A stretch of DNA of 64,000 nt, taken from contig NIVC01001551.1 in NCBI GenBank assembly GCA_002269645.1, forward strand, positions 186,001-250,000. Reading direction: 5' to 3'. Below, piece by piece: positions 1 to 12,356 of the stretch (position 1 is its first letter; every line of letters starts with the position of its first letter). A model generated the notes under the pieces. It was not told the origin of the DNA and did no database searches. It saw only the letters and a list, made by a program, of their open reading frames with translations. The position numbers and the translations under genes were made by a program. The stretch comes from Macrostomum lignano (lineage: Eukaryota).

Positions 1-1430
1 AAAAATCATAGAAGCGTCATGTAAACAATAATAGAAGCGTCATGTAAACAATCATAGAAGCGTCATGTAAACAATCATAGAAGCGTCATGTAAAAATCAT
101 AGAAGCGTCATGTAAACAATCATAGAAGCGCCATGTAAACAATCATAGAAGCGTCATTTAAAAAATCATAGAAGCGCTATGTAAACAATCATAGAAGCGT
201 CATGTAAACAATCATAGAAGCGTCATGTAAAAATCATAGAAGCGTCATGTAAACAATCATAGAAGCGTCATTTAAAAAATCATAGAAGCGTCATGAAAAA
301 ATCATAGAAGCGTCATGTAAACAATCATAGAAGTGTCATGTAAACAATCATAGAAGCGTCATGTAAAAATCATAGAAGTGTCATGTAAACAATCATAGAA
401 GCGTCATGAAAAAATCATAGAAGCGTCATGTAAACAATCATAGAAGCGTCATGTAAAAAGCATAGAAGCGTCATGTAGAAAGCATAGAAGCGTCATATAA
501 AACTCATAGAAGCGTCATTTAAAAAAATCATAGAAGCGTCATGTAAACAATCATAGAAGCGTAATGTAAAAAATCATAGAAGCGTCATGTAAACAATCAT
601 AGAAGCGTCATGAAAAAATCATAGAAGCGTCATGTAAACAATCATCGAAGCGTCATCTAAAAAGTCATAGAAGCGTCATGTAAACAATCATAGAAGCGTC
701 ATGTAAACAATCATAGAAGCGTCCTGTAAACAATCATAAAAGCGTCATGAAAAAATCATAGAAGCGTCATGTAAACAATCATCGAAGCGTCATCTAAAAA
801 TTCATAGAAGCGTCATGAAAAAATCATAGGAGTGTCATGAAAAAATTATTGAAGCGTCATTTAGAAAATCATAGAAGCGTCATGTAAACAATCATAGAAG
901 CGTCATGTAAAAAAATCATAGAAGCGTCATGTAAACAATCATAGAAGCGTCATGTAAAAAATCATGGAAGCGTCATGTAAAAAATCATAAAAGCGTCATG
1001 TAAAAATCATAGAAGCGTCATATAAAAAGCATAGAAGCGTCATGTAAACAATCATAGAAGCGTCATGTAAAAAAATCATAGGAGCGTCATGTAAACAATC
1101 ATAGAAGCGTCATGTAAAAAATCATAGAAGCGTCATGTAAACAATCATAGAAGCGTCATGTAAAAAATCATGGAAGCGTCATGTAAAAAATCATAAAAGC
1201 GTCATGTAAAAATCATAGAAGCGTCATATAAAAAGCATAGAAGCGTCATGTAAACAATCATAGAAGCGTCATGTAAACAATCATAGAAGCGTCATGTAAA
1301 CAATCATAGAAGCGTCATGTAAACAATCATAGAAGCGTCATGTAAAAAAATCATAGGAGCGTCATGAAAAAATCATAGAAGCCTCATTTAAAAACTAATG
1401 AATGTGTCATTTAAAAAATTAAGAAGCATC
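1..1430. repeat. 23-bp minisatellite (ATCATAGAAGCGTCATGTAAACA)n, truncated by the window start
   Basis: Unit starts recur at 51 and 74 (period 23); the array decays after about 1380. Confidence 0.95.
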
Positions 1431-2143
1431 ATGGTAGAATAAAAGAAGCGTCATGTCAGACATGAAGGGTGTCATGTAAAAATTAAATGCAGCTATAATG
1501 CTGTGCTGGGGAGAAAAACTGAGACGTAAAGGCTCTCAGAGAATAACTGATCAGAGAATAACTGAGATTACGGAGGGGGGGTTTCTGAGATGTCAAAGCA
1601 ACAGTCAGAAGCTACTTCAAAGTTCATGTACTTTACTCAATTTTTTTATTGCATTCTTTGTTGGCTCGCCACGGGGGGCGCTGATAGAAGAAGATTCATG
1701 TAAAAAATAAAAGTAGCACTATGTATACATAAAAGAAAAGTCATGTCGAAGTTAAAAGATTCATTTGGGAATTGCTACGATGTCAAAGCTTGGTGGAAAT
1801 CGTTATAGTGCTGTGATTCTTAAAGAAGGAATCACTAAAATGTCAAGGCTTAGGGGAGAAGAATTGCTGAGATTTCAAGGCTTTAGGTTGGGTTAAAGTT
1901 AGGTTTAGGTCAGGTTTGGGTTGAGGGTTATATTTTATCGGGTTTCAAGGTTAACAGGGGATTTTTTAGACTTCAAGGTTAATGGGGGCCATTGCTGACA
2001 TGTCAAGGCTTACAAGAAGCTTCATGTCGAAGTTAAGAGATTCATTTGGGAATCCCTACGATGTCGAGGCTTGCAGGGAATCGCTATAATGCTGTAGTAG
2101 TGCTATAGTGACTCTTAGAGAGAATTACTGAAATTTCAATGCT

Positions 2144-2205
2144 TTAGGGTTAGGGTTAGGGTTAGGATTAGGGTTAGGGTTAGGGTTAGGCTAGGTTAGG
2201 GTTAG
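2144..2205 (+). repeat. Interstitial telomere-like (TTAGGG)n, about 10 units
   Basis: TTAGGG runs with a few variants. A more degenerate copy lies at about 1882-1930, in a roughly 280-bp duplicated block (1741 vs 2022). Confidence 0.85.
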
Positions 2206-2400
2206 AAGGTTGACAGATATTTTTAGATTTCCAAGGCTTATTGGGGCATTGCTGAGATGTCAAGGGGGGAAGTTGATATGTTAAAGCTTGTGGGGGGGGG
2301 AATTACTGACATGTCAAGGCTTACAAGGTTTGACAGGAGATTTTTTAAGATTTCAAGGATACATGTAGCTTATTAAAAAAACGTGTATTGCATTTCTTTG

Positions 2401-2429
2401 GCTCCCCAACGGGGGGCGTAGATTGCTAG
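2401..2429 (+). mobile_element. Helitron-like 3' terminus (hairpin + CTAG) of an element extending left
   Basis: GCTCCCC-aac-GGGGGGC hairpin (2401-2417), 8 nt, then CTAG (2426-2429) followed by T. Confidence 0.6.
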
Positions 2430-2899
2430 TATATACTAAAAATGAAATGTCTGTAACTATCTAGCTATGCGATAGATTTCAGAAAAAGTGGCTCAACCGA
2501 TTTTCTTCAAACTTGCACCATTTGATCAGAAATTTTCCTGGGACGGTACATGCATCTTGGCTAAGAAATTGCTCAATTTTAAAGGGATTAAATATTCGAA
2601 AAACATGCTTTTTTGCAAAGGTCAAGCAGCTCTTTCGACCTGAAATGAATTGTAAAAATGCGAAAGAAAAAACTGACTGACTGAATTTCAATTGTGATAA
2701 AGATTGCATCACAACAAGATGAAAACAGTGTCGAAAAAATGCACACAAGACTTGATTGTAATTGCGTAACCATATTGCTAACTTGAATTGAGACTGATAC
2801 TGGCTGACTGAGAAATTGATTATGTCATAACTTTTTACTCTAACTGACTTGCTATAAGAATTGAATTATAAGGGCCACAATACATGTTCTCCAATTGAA

Positions 2900-2966
2900 A
2901 AGAGATAGCCAAGATGGGAACAGACTGGACTGCTAATGTAGCGACCTGGGTTCGAATCTTAGTAGT
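2900..2966 (+). other. tRNA-derived (SINE-head-like) fragment with Pol III A and B boxes
   Basis: TAGCCAAGATGG (A-box-like) and GGTTCGAATC (B-box) at tRNA-like spacing; no complete cloverleaf. Confidence 0.4.
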
Positions 2967-3019
2967 GCAAAAACATTTTTTTATTAAAACACTTTAAAAC
3001 ACAAAATGCTAAACATAAA

Positions 3020-4830
3020 AGAAGCGCAATGTCAAATATAAAAGAGCCACCATGCCAAACAAAAAAAAAGTGCCACCATGTAGAACACAGAAGAGACACC
3101 ATGTCAAACATAAAAGAGCCACCATTTCAAACATAAAAGAGCCACCATGTGAAACATATACGTGACTCAATGTCAAACATTAAAGAGCCACCATGTCAAA
3201 CATTAAAGAGCCACCATGTCGAACATAACAGAGACAACATTTCAAACATAAAAGAGCCATCATGTCAAACATAAAAGAGCCACCATGTCGAACATTAAAG
3301 AGCCACTATGTCAAACATAACAGAGACAACATTTCAAACATAAAAGAGCCATCATGTCAAACATTAAAGAGCCACCATGTCGAACATTAAAGAGCCACCA
3401 TGTTGAACATTGAAGAGCCACCATGTCAAACATTAAAGAGCCACCAAGTAAAATATAAAAGAGCTACCATGTCAAACATAAAAGAGCCACCATGTCGAAC
3501 ATAACAGAGACAACATTTCAAACATTTAAGAGCCACCATGTCAAACATAAAAGAGCCACCATGTCGAGCATAAAAGAGCCACCATGTCAAACATAAAAGA
3601 GCCACCATGTCAAACATTAAAGAGCCACCATGTCAAACATTCAAGAGAAACCATGTCGAACATAACAGAGACAACATTTCAAACATTTAAGAGCCACCAT
3701 GTCAAACATAAAAGAGCCACCATGTCGAGCATAAAATAGCCACCATGTTGAACATTAAAGAGCCACCATGTCAAACATTAAAGAGCCACCATGTCGAGCA
3801 TAAAAGAGCCACCATGTCGAACATAAAAGAGCCACCATGTCAAACATTAAAGAGCCACCATGTCAAACATTCAAGAGAAACCATGTCGAACATAACAGAG
3901 ACAACATTTCAAACATTTAAGAGCCACCATGTCAAACATAAAAGAGCCACCATGTCGAGCATAAAATAGCCACCATGTTGAACATTAAAGAGCCACCATG
4001 TCAAACATTAAAGAGCCACCATGTCGAGCATAAAAGAGCCACCATGTCGAACATAAAAGAGCCACCATGTCAAACATTAAAGAGCCACCATGTCAAACAT
4101 TAAAGAGCCACCATGTCAAACATTCAAGATCAGCCATGTCGAACATAAAAGAGCCACCATGTAAAATATAAAAGAGCTACCATGTCAAACATAAAAGAGC
4201 CATCATGTCAAACATAAAAGAGCCATCATGTGAAACATATACGTGACTCAATGTCAAACATTAAAGAGCCACCATGTCAAACATATACGTGACTCCATGT
4301 CAAACATTAAAGAGCCACCATGTCAAACATATATGACTCCATGTCAAACATATATGACTCCATGTCAAACATATATGACTCCATGTCAAACATTAAAAAT
4401 AAAAAAGACACCATGTCACACATAAGGGAGCCACCATATCAAACATAAAAGAGCTACCATGTCAAAACATTATTGAGCCATTATGCCCAATATAAAAAGA
4501 CACAATTTCAAATGTAAAAGGGCCGCCATGTCAAACATAGAAGAGCCACCATGTCAAACATAGAAGAGCCACCATGTCAAACAACTAAGCCACCATGTCA
4601 AACATAACAGAGACACCATTTCAAACGTAAAAGGGCCGCCATGGCAAACATAGAAGAGCCACCATGTCAAACATTAAAGAGCTACCATGTCAAACACAAA
4701 AGGGCCACCACGTCCAACATTAAAGAGCTATCATGTCAAACACAAAAGAGCTACCATGTCAAACATTAAAAAGCCACTTTTTTAAACAAAAAAGAGACAC
4801 CATTTCAAACATAAAAGAAGTGTCATGCCA
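3020..4830. repeat. 23-25-bp minisatellite (AAAGAGCCACCATGTCAAACAT[T]A)n
   Basis: Visible tandem units with some longer internal duplications. Confidence 0.95.
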
Positions 4831-4892
4831 AACAAAATGAAACCATTATAAAGCTAAGGAAATTGTTGCACTAGCTACTTGTTCTCTGGTGG

Positions 4893-5690
4893 ATGCTTGC
4901 TATTTAAGGATGGATACTTGCTATCAGGGGGATGCTTGCTCTTGGGGGTGGAGAGTACTTGCTATCTGAGAGGGGGTTGCTAGATATCTATAAGGTATCT
5001 TTGTATCCAGGTTATGCTTGCTATCAGGGGTTGCTTGCTGTCTGGGGGATGCTTGCTATCTGGGGGGGGGGATGCTTGCTATCTAGGGGATGCTTGCTAT
5101 CTGCGGGATGCTTGCTATCTGGGGGATGCTTGCTATCTGCGGGATGCTTGCTATCTGGGGACGCTTGCTATCTGGGGTCTGGGGGAATGCTTGCTATCTG
5201 GGGATGCTTGCGATCTGGGGGATGCTTGCTATCTGAGGAATGCTTGCTATCTGGGGGATGCTTGCTATCTGCGGGATGCTTGCTATCTGGGGGATGCTTG
5301 CTATCTGGGGTCTGGGGGAATGCTTGCTATCGGGGGATGCTTGCAGTCTGGGGGATGCTTGCTATCTGGGGATGCTTGCCATCTGGGGGACGCTTGCTAT
5401 CTGGGGTCTGGGGGAATGCTTGCTATCTGGGGATGCTTGCGATCTGGGGGATGCTTGCTATCTGAGGAATGCTTGCTATCTGGGGGATGCTTGCTATCTG
5501 CGGGATGCTTGCTATCTGGGGGATGCTTGCTATCTGGGGTCTGGGGGAATGCTTGCTATCGGGGGATGCTTGCAGTCTGGGGGATGCTTGCTATCTGGGG
5601 ATGCTTGCTATCTGGGGGATGCTTGCAGTCTGGGGGATGCTTGCTATTTGGGGATCAATGCTTGAATGTTGTCTGAGGATGCTTGCTGTC
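4893..5690. repeat. About 20-bp minisatellite (GGGGATGCTTGCTATCTG[G/C])n
   Basis: Tandem units; source of ORFs 4932-5465, 5014-5676 and similar. Confidence 0.95.
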
Positions 5691-6307
5691 TTGGGATGTT
5701 TTGTTTTTAAGAGGGAATGTCTGTTGTTTTTTCTGAAGGCTTTATTTCGCTGTCTATTTGTTATTTGTAAAAAACAAGGATTCTATCCAGATGTCCCCCA
5801 TCGGGGGGCAAAGATTGCTAGTATATACTAAATAGATAATTTTGTTAAACATTTACTAGGGGCCTAAATGATTTCTGAATGTCTGTCTAAATGTCTGTCC
5901 AGAAACCAATAGGCCCCTACATAACTGCTTTATAGTTATAATTAATTTACGGACTGTTGTACACTGATTTAGACCTGGACCAATATCTAATTTAAGACTT
6001 ATTGATTTCAAAACATTCATTCAATTATATTGAATATTTGAATGCACACTAAAATTAAATAAAGAGCTTTATAGAAAAAATGTTAATAATACCCCAACTA
6101 GAAAGTTTGATTAAAGTCTGTAAAATAGGTAATCCGGGTCCATAAAATAACAAATATGAAAATTATATTGGTCTGGGTCCAAGTCCAGGTCTGAGTTTGT
6201 AAATTAGATATAGGCCTAACCCTGATTCTAATAATAGCAGCCAATAGACTTACCAGTACCACGGCCCACAACTCAACTCTGTCCATACAATCCATACAAA
6301 TCAATTA

Positions 6308-6556
6308 TGGCGATCCTTCGGTTTACGATCACCTATTTTGCTAGCTTTGGTTTACGACCACCTTATATTTTACTCGTTGTAAGACAAAAACCGACATTAG
6401 TTTCAAACGATCGAAAAGGTTTTCAAATGTCAAATGTTTTCAAACATCGATTCGCTACTAGTAGCTTATATCTTAGTATATAGGATATCACTTTCGCTTT
6501 ACGATCACCCAAATGTACATTTCTCATTAATATGATCGTAAACCGAAGTTGGCTAT
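6308..6556. mobile_element. Possible MITE remnant
   Basis: Perfect 16-bp inverted repeat CTTCGGTTTACGATCA (6316-6331) / TGATCGTAAACCGAAG (6533-6548); related motifs at 6344, 6495 and 6740-6805. Confidence 0.4.
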
Positions 6557-7551
6557 AGAAAAAGCATGTCAAATAGTCACAGAAAACTGCTTATTCCAGA
6601 TCAAGGGTATCAAAATATAAAATTTTGAGACCATTGTACTGTGGCTTCTGATTCCACATTATACATTGCCTGTAAACTCCTAAATGGAAGCTCTTACCCT
6701 TACTAAAATTAATCTTTAGTGCTACACCTCCTTCTCACTTTTGGTTTATGATCATTTCTACTTATGCGCTCCATTTAAATGATCACAAACCAAAGCTGGC
6801 ACCTATTTTTTGCTAATGCTAGGATGCAAAATTGTTCTAAGCTAAGGACAAGGTCTAGGCCCCCTAATCTAATGAAAAAATGCAATTTAAAAAGTCAAGA
6901 TGCTATAATATCTCTGACTATAATATAAGAAAACATAGAAAGTGTTCATTGTCATTTGACAATGTTAAACTAAATATAAAATGCATTTTTTAAAGAAAAT
7001 AATAAAAAAGTGAAAAAATTGTTGCTAAAACTAATATAATAATAAAAGTAAAAGTAAAAGTTTCCTTTAAAAGTATATAAGAAAGTTGCTAGGCCTATGC
7101 TATGCTATTTCCTTTTGTTCTATATTTGATAAGTTTCATAAGTTGGTACATTTTTTCTTTATAAGTTGCTAAAGATTTCTATTGGTTTCTTATAGGTTTG
7201 ATATTTAAAAATATATAATCATGGCTTTCTTTCTATGAATATTATCTTATTTTAAATACTTATTGTTGTACTTAATATCCTGTTAGTTATCACAACAAAA
7301 TAAAAAATTATTGTTATTAGCTCAAAAATTACATTTATAACTATCAAAAAACTAGGTCTGCATATATAAACTATATAATTAAAAACATTAAATCATAATT
7401 CTTATATATAAACATTTTTGTAATATATTAGCTATTATTGCCTTTGGTTAAAAATCATATTTTTTGGCTTCATAAATTAATAATATGAATATTTAAAGTG
7501 CTACTTTAGTTTTTAATAAATGATCAAATAGTCAAGTTAATAAGACTATAC

Positions 7552-7822
7552 TATACATGCACAACCCCCCTGATTTATACTGGCCATGCGACTTACTTTT
7601 TGACCAAAAATGCAACTTAACTGTAAAAGAAACCCTAATGCAATTTTGGGTAAATGGCAAGAGTAACTAGGCCTATGACTGTCTTAAAAGGGCTAAATGC
7701 CTCATCATCTAATTAGTACTACATCTGTATTTTTCAGGCTGGGCATTTTTGCAACTTACCCCTGGTCTACCACAATTTACATGGCCAGATCGGCCAGGTC
7801 GGCAAGCAGTTGCGCATGTATA
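7552..7822. mobile_element. MITE, 271 bp, 14-bp TIRs, 8-bp TSD (hAT-like)
   Basis: TIR TATACATGC(A/G)CAAC, 13/14 match; TSD GACTATAC at 7544-7551 and 7823-7830. Confidence 0.75.
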
Positions 7823-8005
7823 GACTATACTAGCATTAATTTTATTTAATTTTAATGGTAAAGCAAGTTTATAAAACAAATTCAAGAAAATGATTTGTTT
7901 AATTTTTTTGAAGATAATAATAATATAAATCAGATATAATTATGCCTATCTTTTGAGAAAAAAACCATTTTTCAATTGTTTTTAGCTAGTCAGCTCTTAC
8001 TTAAA

Positions 8006-8655
8006 TACTACTTAGCACTGAGTTGCTCACTCCTCACCCAGTTGCTTCTCTTTCAGCCAGTGAGCTCTCACTTGAGCACTACTCAGCACTGATTTGCTCA
8101 CTCCTCATCCACTCGCTTCTCTTTCAGCCAGTGAGCTCTCACTTGAGCACTACTCAGCACTGAGTTGCTCACTCCTCACCCACTCGCTTCTCTTTCAGCC
8201 AGTGAGCTCTCACTTGAGCACTACTCAGCACTGAGTTGCTCACTCCTCATCCACTCGCTTCTCTTTCAGCCAGTGAGCTCTCACTTGAGCACTACTCAGC
8301 ACTGAGTTGCTCACTCCTCACCCACTCGCTTCTCTTTCAGCCAGTGAGCTCTCACTTGAGCACTACTCAGCACTGAGTTGCTCACTCCCCACCCACTTGC
8401 TTCTCTTTCAGCCAGTGAGCTCTCACTTGAGCACTACTCAGCACTGAGTTGCTCACTCCTCACCCACTCGCTTCTCTTTCAGCCAGTGAGCTCTCACTTG
8501 AGCACTACTCAGCACTGAGTTGCTCACTCCTCACCCACTCGCTTCTCTTTCAGCCAGTGAGCTCTCACTTGAGCACTACTCAGCACTGAGTTGCTCACTC
8601 CTCACCCACTCGCTTCTCTTTCAGCCAGTGAGCTCTCACTTGAGCACTACTCAGC
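8006..8655 (+). repeat. 71-bp tandem repeat (about 9 copies), each containing a 3' splice-site-like CTTCTCTTTCAG, directly upstream of SUMO
   Basis: Period 71 (8520 vs 8591); the array ends 8 nt before the SUMO ATG. Confidence 0.95.
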
Positions 8656-8662
8656 AGCCAGC

Positions 8663-8929
8663 ATGTCGGGAACCAACGCCTCCAGCGAGCACATCAACCT
8701 GAAGGTGCAGGGCCAGGACGGGGCCGTGATCCACTTCAAGATCAAGAAGAACACCCCGCTGAGGAAGCTGATGACCACTTACTGCGATAGGCTGGGCCTT
8801 CGGGCACAGACCGTCCGCTTCATCTTCGACGGAAACAATGTGGAGGAGTCGGACACCCCGGCCACGTTGGACATGGAGGAGAATGACACGATTGAGGTGT
8901 TCCAGTCTCAGGTCGGCGGCTGCGTGTGA
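8663..8929 (+). CDS. SUMO: Small ubiquitin-like modifier, 88 aa, intronless CDS
   Basis: [29 protein letters not shown]...RFIFDG...[25 protein letters not shown]: SUMO fold with C-terminal diglycine and a 2-aa propeptide. Confidence 0.95.
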   Translation: MSGTNASSEHINLKVQGQDGAVIHFKIKKNTPLRKLMTTYCDRLGLRAQTVRFIFDGNNVEESDTPATLDMEENDTIEVFQSQVGGCV

Positions 8930-8957
8930 GCAGCTGGGCTGTGCGACTCATTCTCGG

Positions 8958-9285
8958 TGACTGCTATGAGTGTCAGGGCGGTTGTTTTGGGGATTTGAGA
9001 AGTTTAATCCCGCTGACTGCTGAGGTGTCAGGGTGGTTGTTTAGGGGATTTGGGGAGTTTTTCCCACTGACTGCTATGGGATGCCAGGGCGGTTGTTTTG
9101 GGGATTTGGGGAGTTTATCCCACTGACTGCTATGGGGTGCCAGGGCGGTTGTTTTGGGGATTTGGGGAGTTTATCCCACTGACTGCTATGGGATGTCAGG
9201 GCGGTTGTTTCGGGGAGTTTATCCCACTGACTGCTATGGGGTGCCAGGGCGGTTGTTTAGGGGGTTGGAGAGTTTATCCCACTAA
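8958..9285. repeat. About 56-bp tandem repeat, about 6 copies, downstream of the SUMO stop
   Basis: Unit GACTGCTATGGGGTGCCAGGGCGGTTGTTTTGGGGATTTGGGGAGTTTATCCCACT. Confidence 0.9.
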
Positions 9286-10139
9286 TTTATGTGAATTGCT
9301 GTTACCATGTTTATGTATTTTAGCGTAAGTATTTTTCGCAGTTAACCACAGGCTTCTATGGGATTTTGTCTGTCTGAGAAACCTTGCTTGGATTGCCTGG
9401 TGTCCGATGCCCGATTCGAATGACCCACTGTAATAATTTACTAACTTACCTGTTTAAATAATAACTCACGTCATGCAATGTGCGTTCTCAGCTAGTATTG
9501 TTAATAATATACACGAGTAATAAAACTGGCGAATTACATACCAGCTGTGCAGTGTTCGAATAATAATGTATCTATTTTTAGCACTTGCTCGCCCTGTCTG
9601 TCGCAGTCTCCGTCTGTCTTGTAATTCTTTTTTTTATCCGTTCGCTTTTTACATTCATAATCTATCGTTTTTATGCACTTCTAAATTATTCGTAATTGTG
9701 AATAGTTATTCAGGCTTTTGAATTCGTGGGAACTTGTATCGCGTGTTACTACTGTTGTGGAGTAGCTGCTTTGGAAATATCCATACTAATTTAATACAAG
9801 AAGGAAAAAATGATGTAATAATCCTAAAATATAAAGTCTCGGCTCGGTCATTCTTATTTGTACTTTTTTAACATCGACTTTGTGCAAAGAAATTCCTCTC
9901 TGCAATAAGCGTGTTTTAAGTTGTCAGTGACTTGGTGTACCCAAAATCTGTAGAAGAATCTCGGCCGATTTAAGTAGCAGGTTGCAATCGATTTCTAAGA
10001 AATGGGCAGTGATTCATTTGGATTTAGTATGCTCTCATCAAGAACACATATACATCGCTTAGTGTGGTTTAGCCATAGACAAATTCGGTCGACCGGATAC
10101 TCGTATATCGACTGCATGGCCACTGCATTACCTAAGGAT

Positions 10140-10655
10140 CTGGGAGGCTGCTGACACATCCTGGGGATTTGGGATAGCTGTGGACACATCCTGAGGATCT
10201 GGGATAGCTGTGGACACATCCTAGGGATTTGGGATAGCTGTGGCTACATCCTGGGGATTTAATAGCTGTGGACACATTCTGGGGATTTAGGATAGCTGTG
10301 GACACATCCTGGGGATTCGGGATAGCTGTGGAAACATCCTGGGGATTTGGGATAGCTGTGGACACATCCTGGGGATTTGGGATAGGTGTGGACACACCCT
10401 GAGGAGCTGGGATAGCTGTGGACACATCCTAGGGATTTGGGATAGCTGTGGCTACATCCTGGGGATTTAATAGCTGTGGACACATTCTGGGGATTTAGGA
10501 TAGCTGTGGACACATCCTGGGGATTCGGGATAGCTGTGGAAACATCCTGGGGATTTGGGATAGCTGTGGACACATCCTGGGGATTTGGGATAGGTGTGGA
10601 CGCATCCTGGGGATTTGGGATAGGTGTGGACACACCCTGAGGAGCTGGGATAGCG
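10140..10655. repeat. 30-bp minisatellite with a roughly 208-bp higher-order duplication
   Basis: Unit GGGATAGCTGTGGACACATCCTGGGGATTT; the variant block at 10221 recurs at 10429. Confidence 0.9.
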
Positions 10656-10856
10656 GCAGACACAACTATAAGAATTGGGACTCAGTCGTGAAGCACGACA
10701 GACTAACAGAAAATTAAATAAAAATGAATAAGAAAAGCAAATTTAGATCTGCTTTACACTCACAATATTAGCTACCCATGTTACACTTTTGAGAATTGGC
10801 AAATAGCAGCAGAATTACTAAAATATATTTCTACACTATTTAGCAATAGTCCAGCA

Positions 10857-11081
10857 TCAAGTTGCTGCCTCATCGGTTTGCTGAGCAGTCTTCGGCTCCC
10901 GAGTGTCCAAACTGATGGTCACCGGGCCACAGTTGGTGCTGCTGACTTCCATCATGGCGCCAAACACTCCGGCTTTGATTTTGTCCTCCTGGTAGTCTCG
11001 GCGCATCGATTCCAGGATGTCGGCGTACATCTTCTCGGCCTGGTCGGTGGCCATGGCGCGGCGGAAGTCCGGCTTGTTGCC
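10857..11081 (-). CDS. DTD1: D-aminoacyl-tRNA deacylase 1, exon 2 of 2
   Basis: Acceptor catggcag|GGC; GNKPDFRRAM...GVFGAMMEVSSTNCGPVTISLDT contains the Gly-Pro motif; phase 0 matches exon 1; total 164 aa. Confidence 0.92.
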   Translation of the reverse strand, partial: GNKPDFRRAMATDQAEKMYADILESMRRDYQEDKIKAGVFGAMMEVSSTNCGPVTISLDTREPKTAQQTDEAAT

Positions 11082-11109
11082 CTGCCATGTTTTTTGAGAA
11101 AGAAATTGG

Positions 11110-11960
11110 GTTGGGCAACTGAGGATCTGGGAGGTTGGGCAACTGAGGATCTGGGAGGCTGGGCCAGACCTGAGGATCTGGGATTCTGGCCTAGCAACTG
11201 AGAATCTGAGGCTGGCTCCCAGCAACTGAGGATCTGGGATTCTGGCCTAGCAACTGAGAATCTGAGGCTGGCTCCCAGCAACTGAGGATCTGGGATTCTG
11301 GCCTAGCAACTGAGAATCTGAGGCTGGCTCCCAGCAACTGAGGATCTGGGATTCTGGCCTAGCAACTGAGAATCTGAGGCTGGCTCCCAGCAACTGAGGA
11401 TCTGGGATTCTGGCCTAGCAACTGAGAATCTGAGGCTGGCACAGCAACTGAGGATCTGGGAGGCTGGCACAGCAACTGAGGATCTGGGAGGCTGGCACAG
11501 CAACTGAGGATCTGGGAGGCTGGCACAGCAACTGAGGATCTGGGATTCTGGCCTAGCAACTGAGGATCTGGGAGGCTGGCATAGCAACTGAGGATCTGGG
11601 ATTCTGGCCTAGCAACTGAGAATCTGAGGCTGGCTCCCAGCAACTGAGGATCTGGGATTCTGGCCTAGCAACTGAGAATCTGAGGCTGGCTCCCAGCAAC
11701 TGAGGATCTGGGATTCTGGCCTAGCAACTGAGAATCTGAGGCTGGCACAGCAACTGAGGATCTGGGAGGCTGGCACAGCAACTGAGGATCTGGGAGGCTG
11801 GCACAGCAACTGAGGATCTGGGATTCTGGCCTAGCAACTGAGGATCTGGGAGGCTGGCATAGCAACTGAGGATCTGGGATTCTGGCCTAGCAACTGAGGA
11901 TCTGGGAGGCTGGCTCAGAAACTGAGGATCTGGGAGGCTGGCCTAGCAACTGAGAATCTG
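11110..11960. repeat. About 28-bp minisatellite (AGCAACTGAGGATCTGGGAGGCTGGC..) filling the DTD1 intron
   Basis: Same family as the arrays at 13390-14150 and 21825-22115. Confidence 0.95.
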
Positions 11961-11989
11961 GAGAATGGCGGTGGCCCAGCCTGAGTCAC

Positions 11990-12259
11990 CTTGAGCGTCG
12001 CATGCAGCGTGAACTGGCTGACGACCAGCACCTCCAAGCCGAGATCCCGGACACTCTTCATCCATCGTTTCCCACCCTGTTCGTCATTTTCGTCGAACAG
12101 CCGCAGGTTGAGCAACTTCTTGCTCATCCAGTCGGCGTCCTGAGCGGTGTCGGACTGGCAGATGCCCAGCAGGACGCAGATGCCCCGGCCAATTTCGCCT
12201 ACGGTGGCCCCATCAACCACAACAGCAGCTCGGCTGACTCGCTGCACGATGGCTCGCAT
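11990..12259 (-). CDS. DTD1: D-aminoacyl-tRNA deacylase 1, exon 1 of 2
   Basis: MRAIVQRVSRAAVVVDG...LLNLRLFD...SQFTLHATLK|GTGACT donor; SQFTL motif. Confidence 0.93.
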
Positions 12260-12356
12260 GCGCTACTGTAAGTAGGACATATCGATAGGACATTTTTAAT
12301 TAATGTTGCATTAATGTTGCACGAATTCAAATTTCACCCGTGCTATCAAATAAAGA

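Larger units (their letters stand above)
2430..5821 (+). mobile_element. Putative non-autonomous Helitron-like element carrying minisatellites
   Basis: Starts TATATACTAAAAATGAAATGTCTG...AACCGATTTTCTTCAAACTT, resembling invertebrate Helitron 5' ends. Ends TGTCCCCC-atc-GGGGGGCA hairpin + CTAG (5818-5821) + T. No Rep/helicase ORF. Confidence 0.55.
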
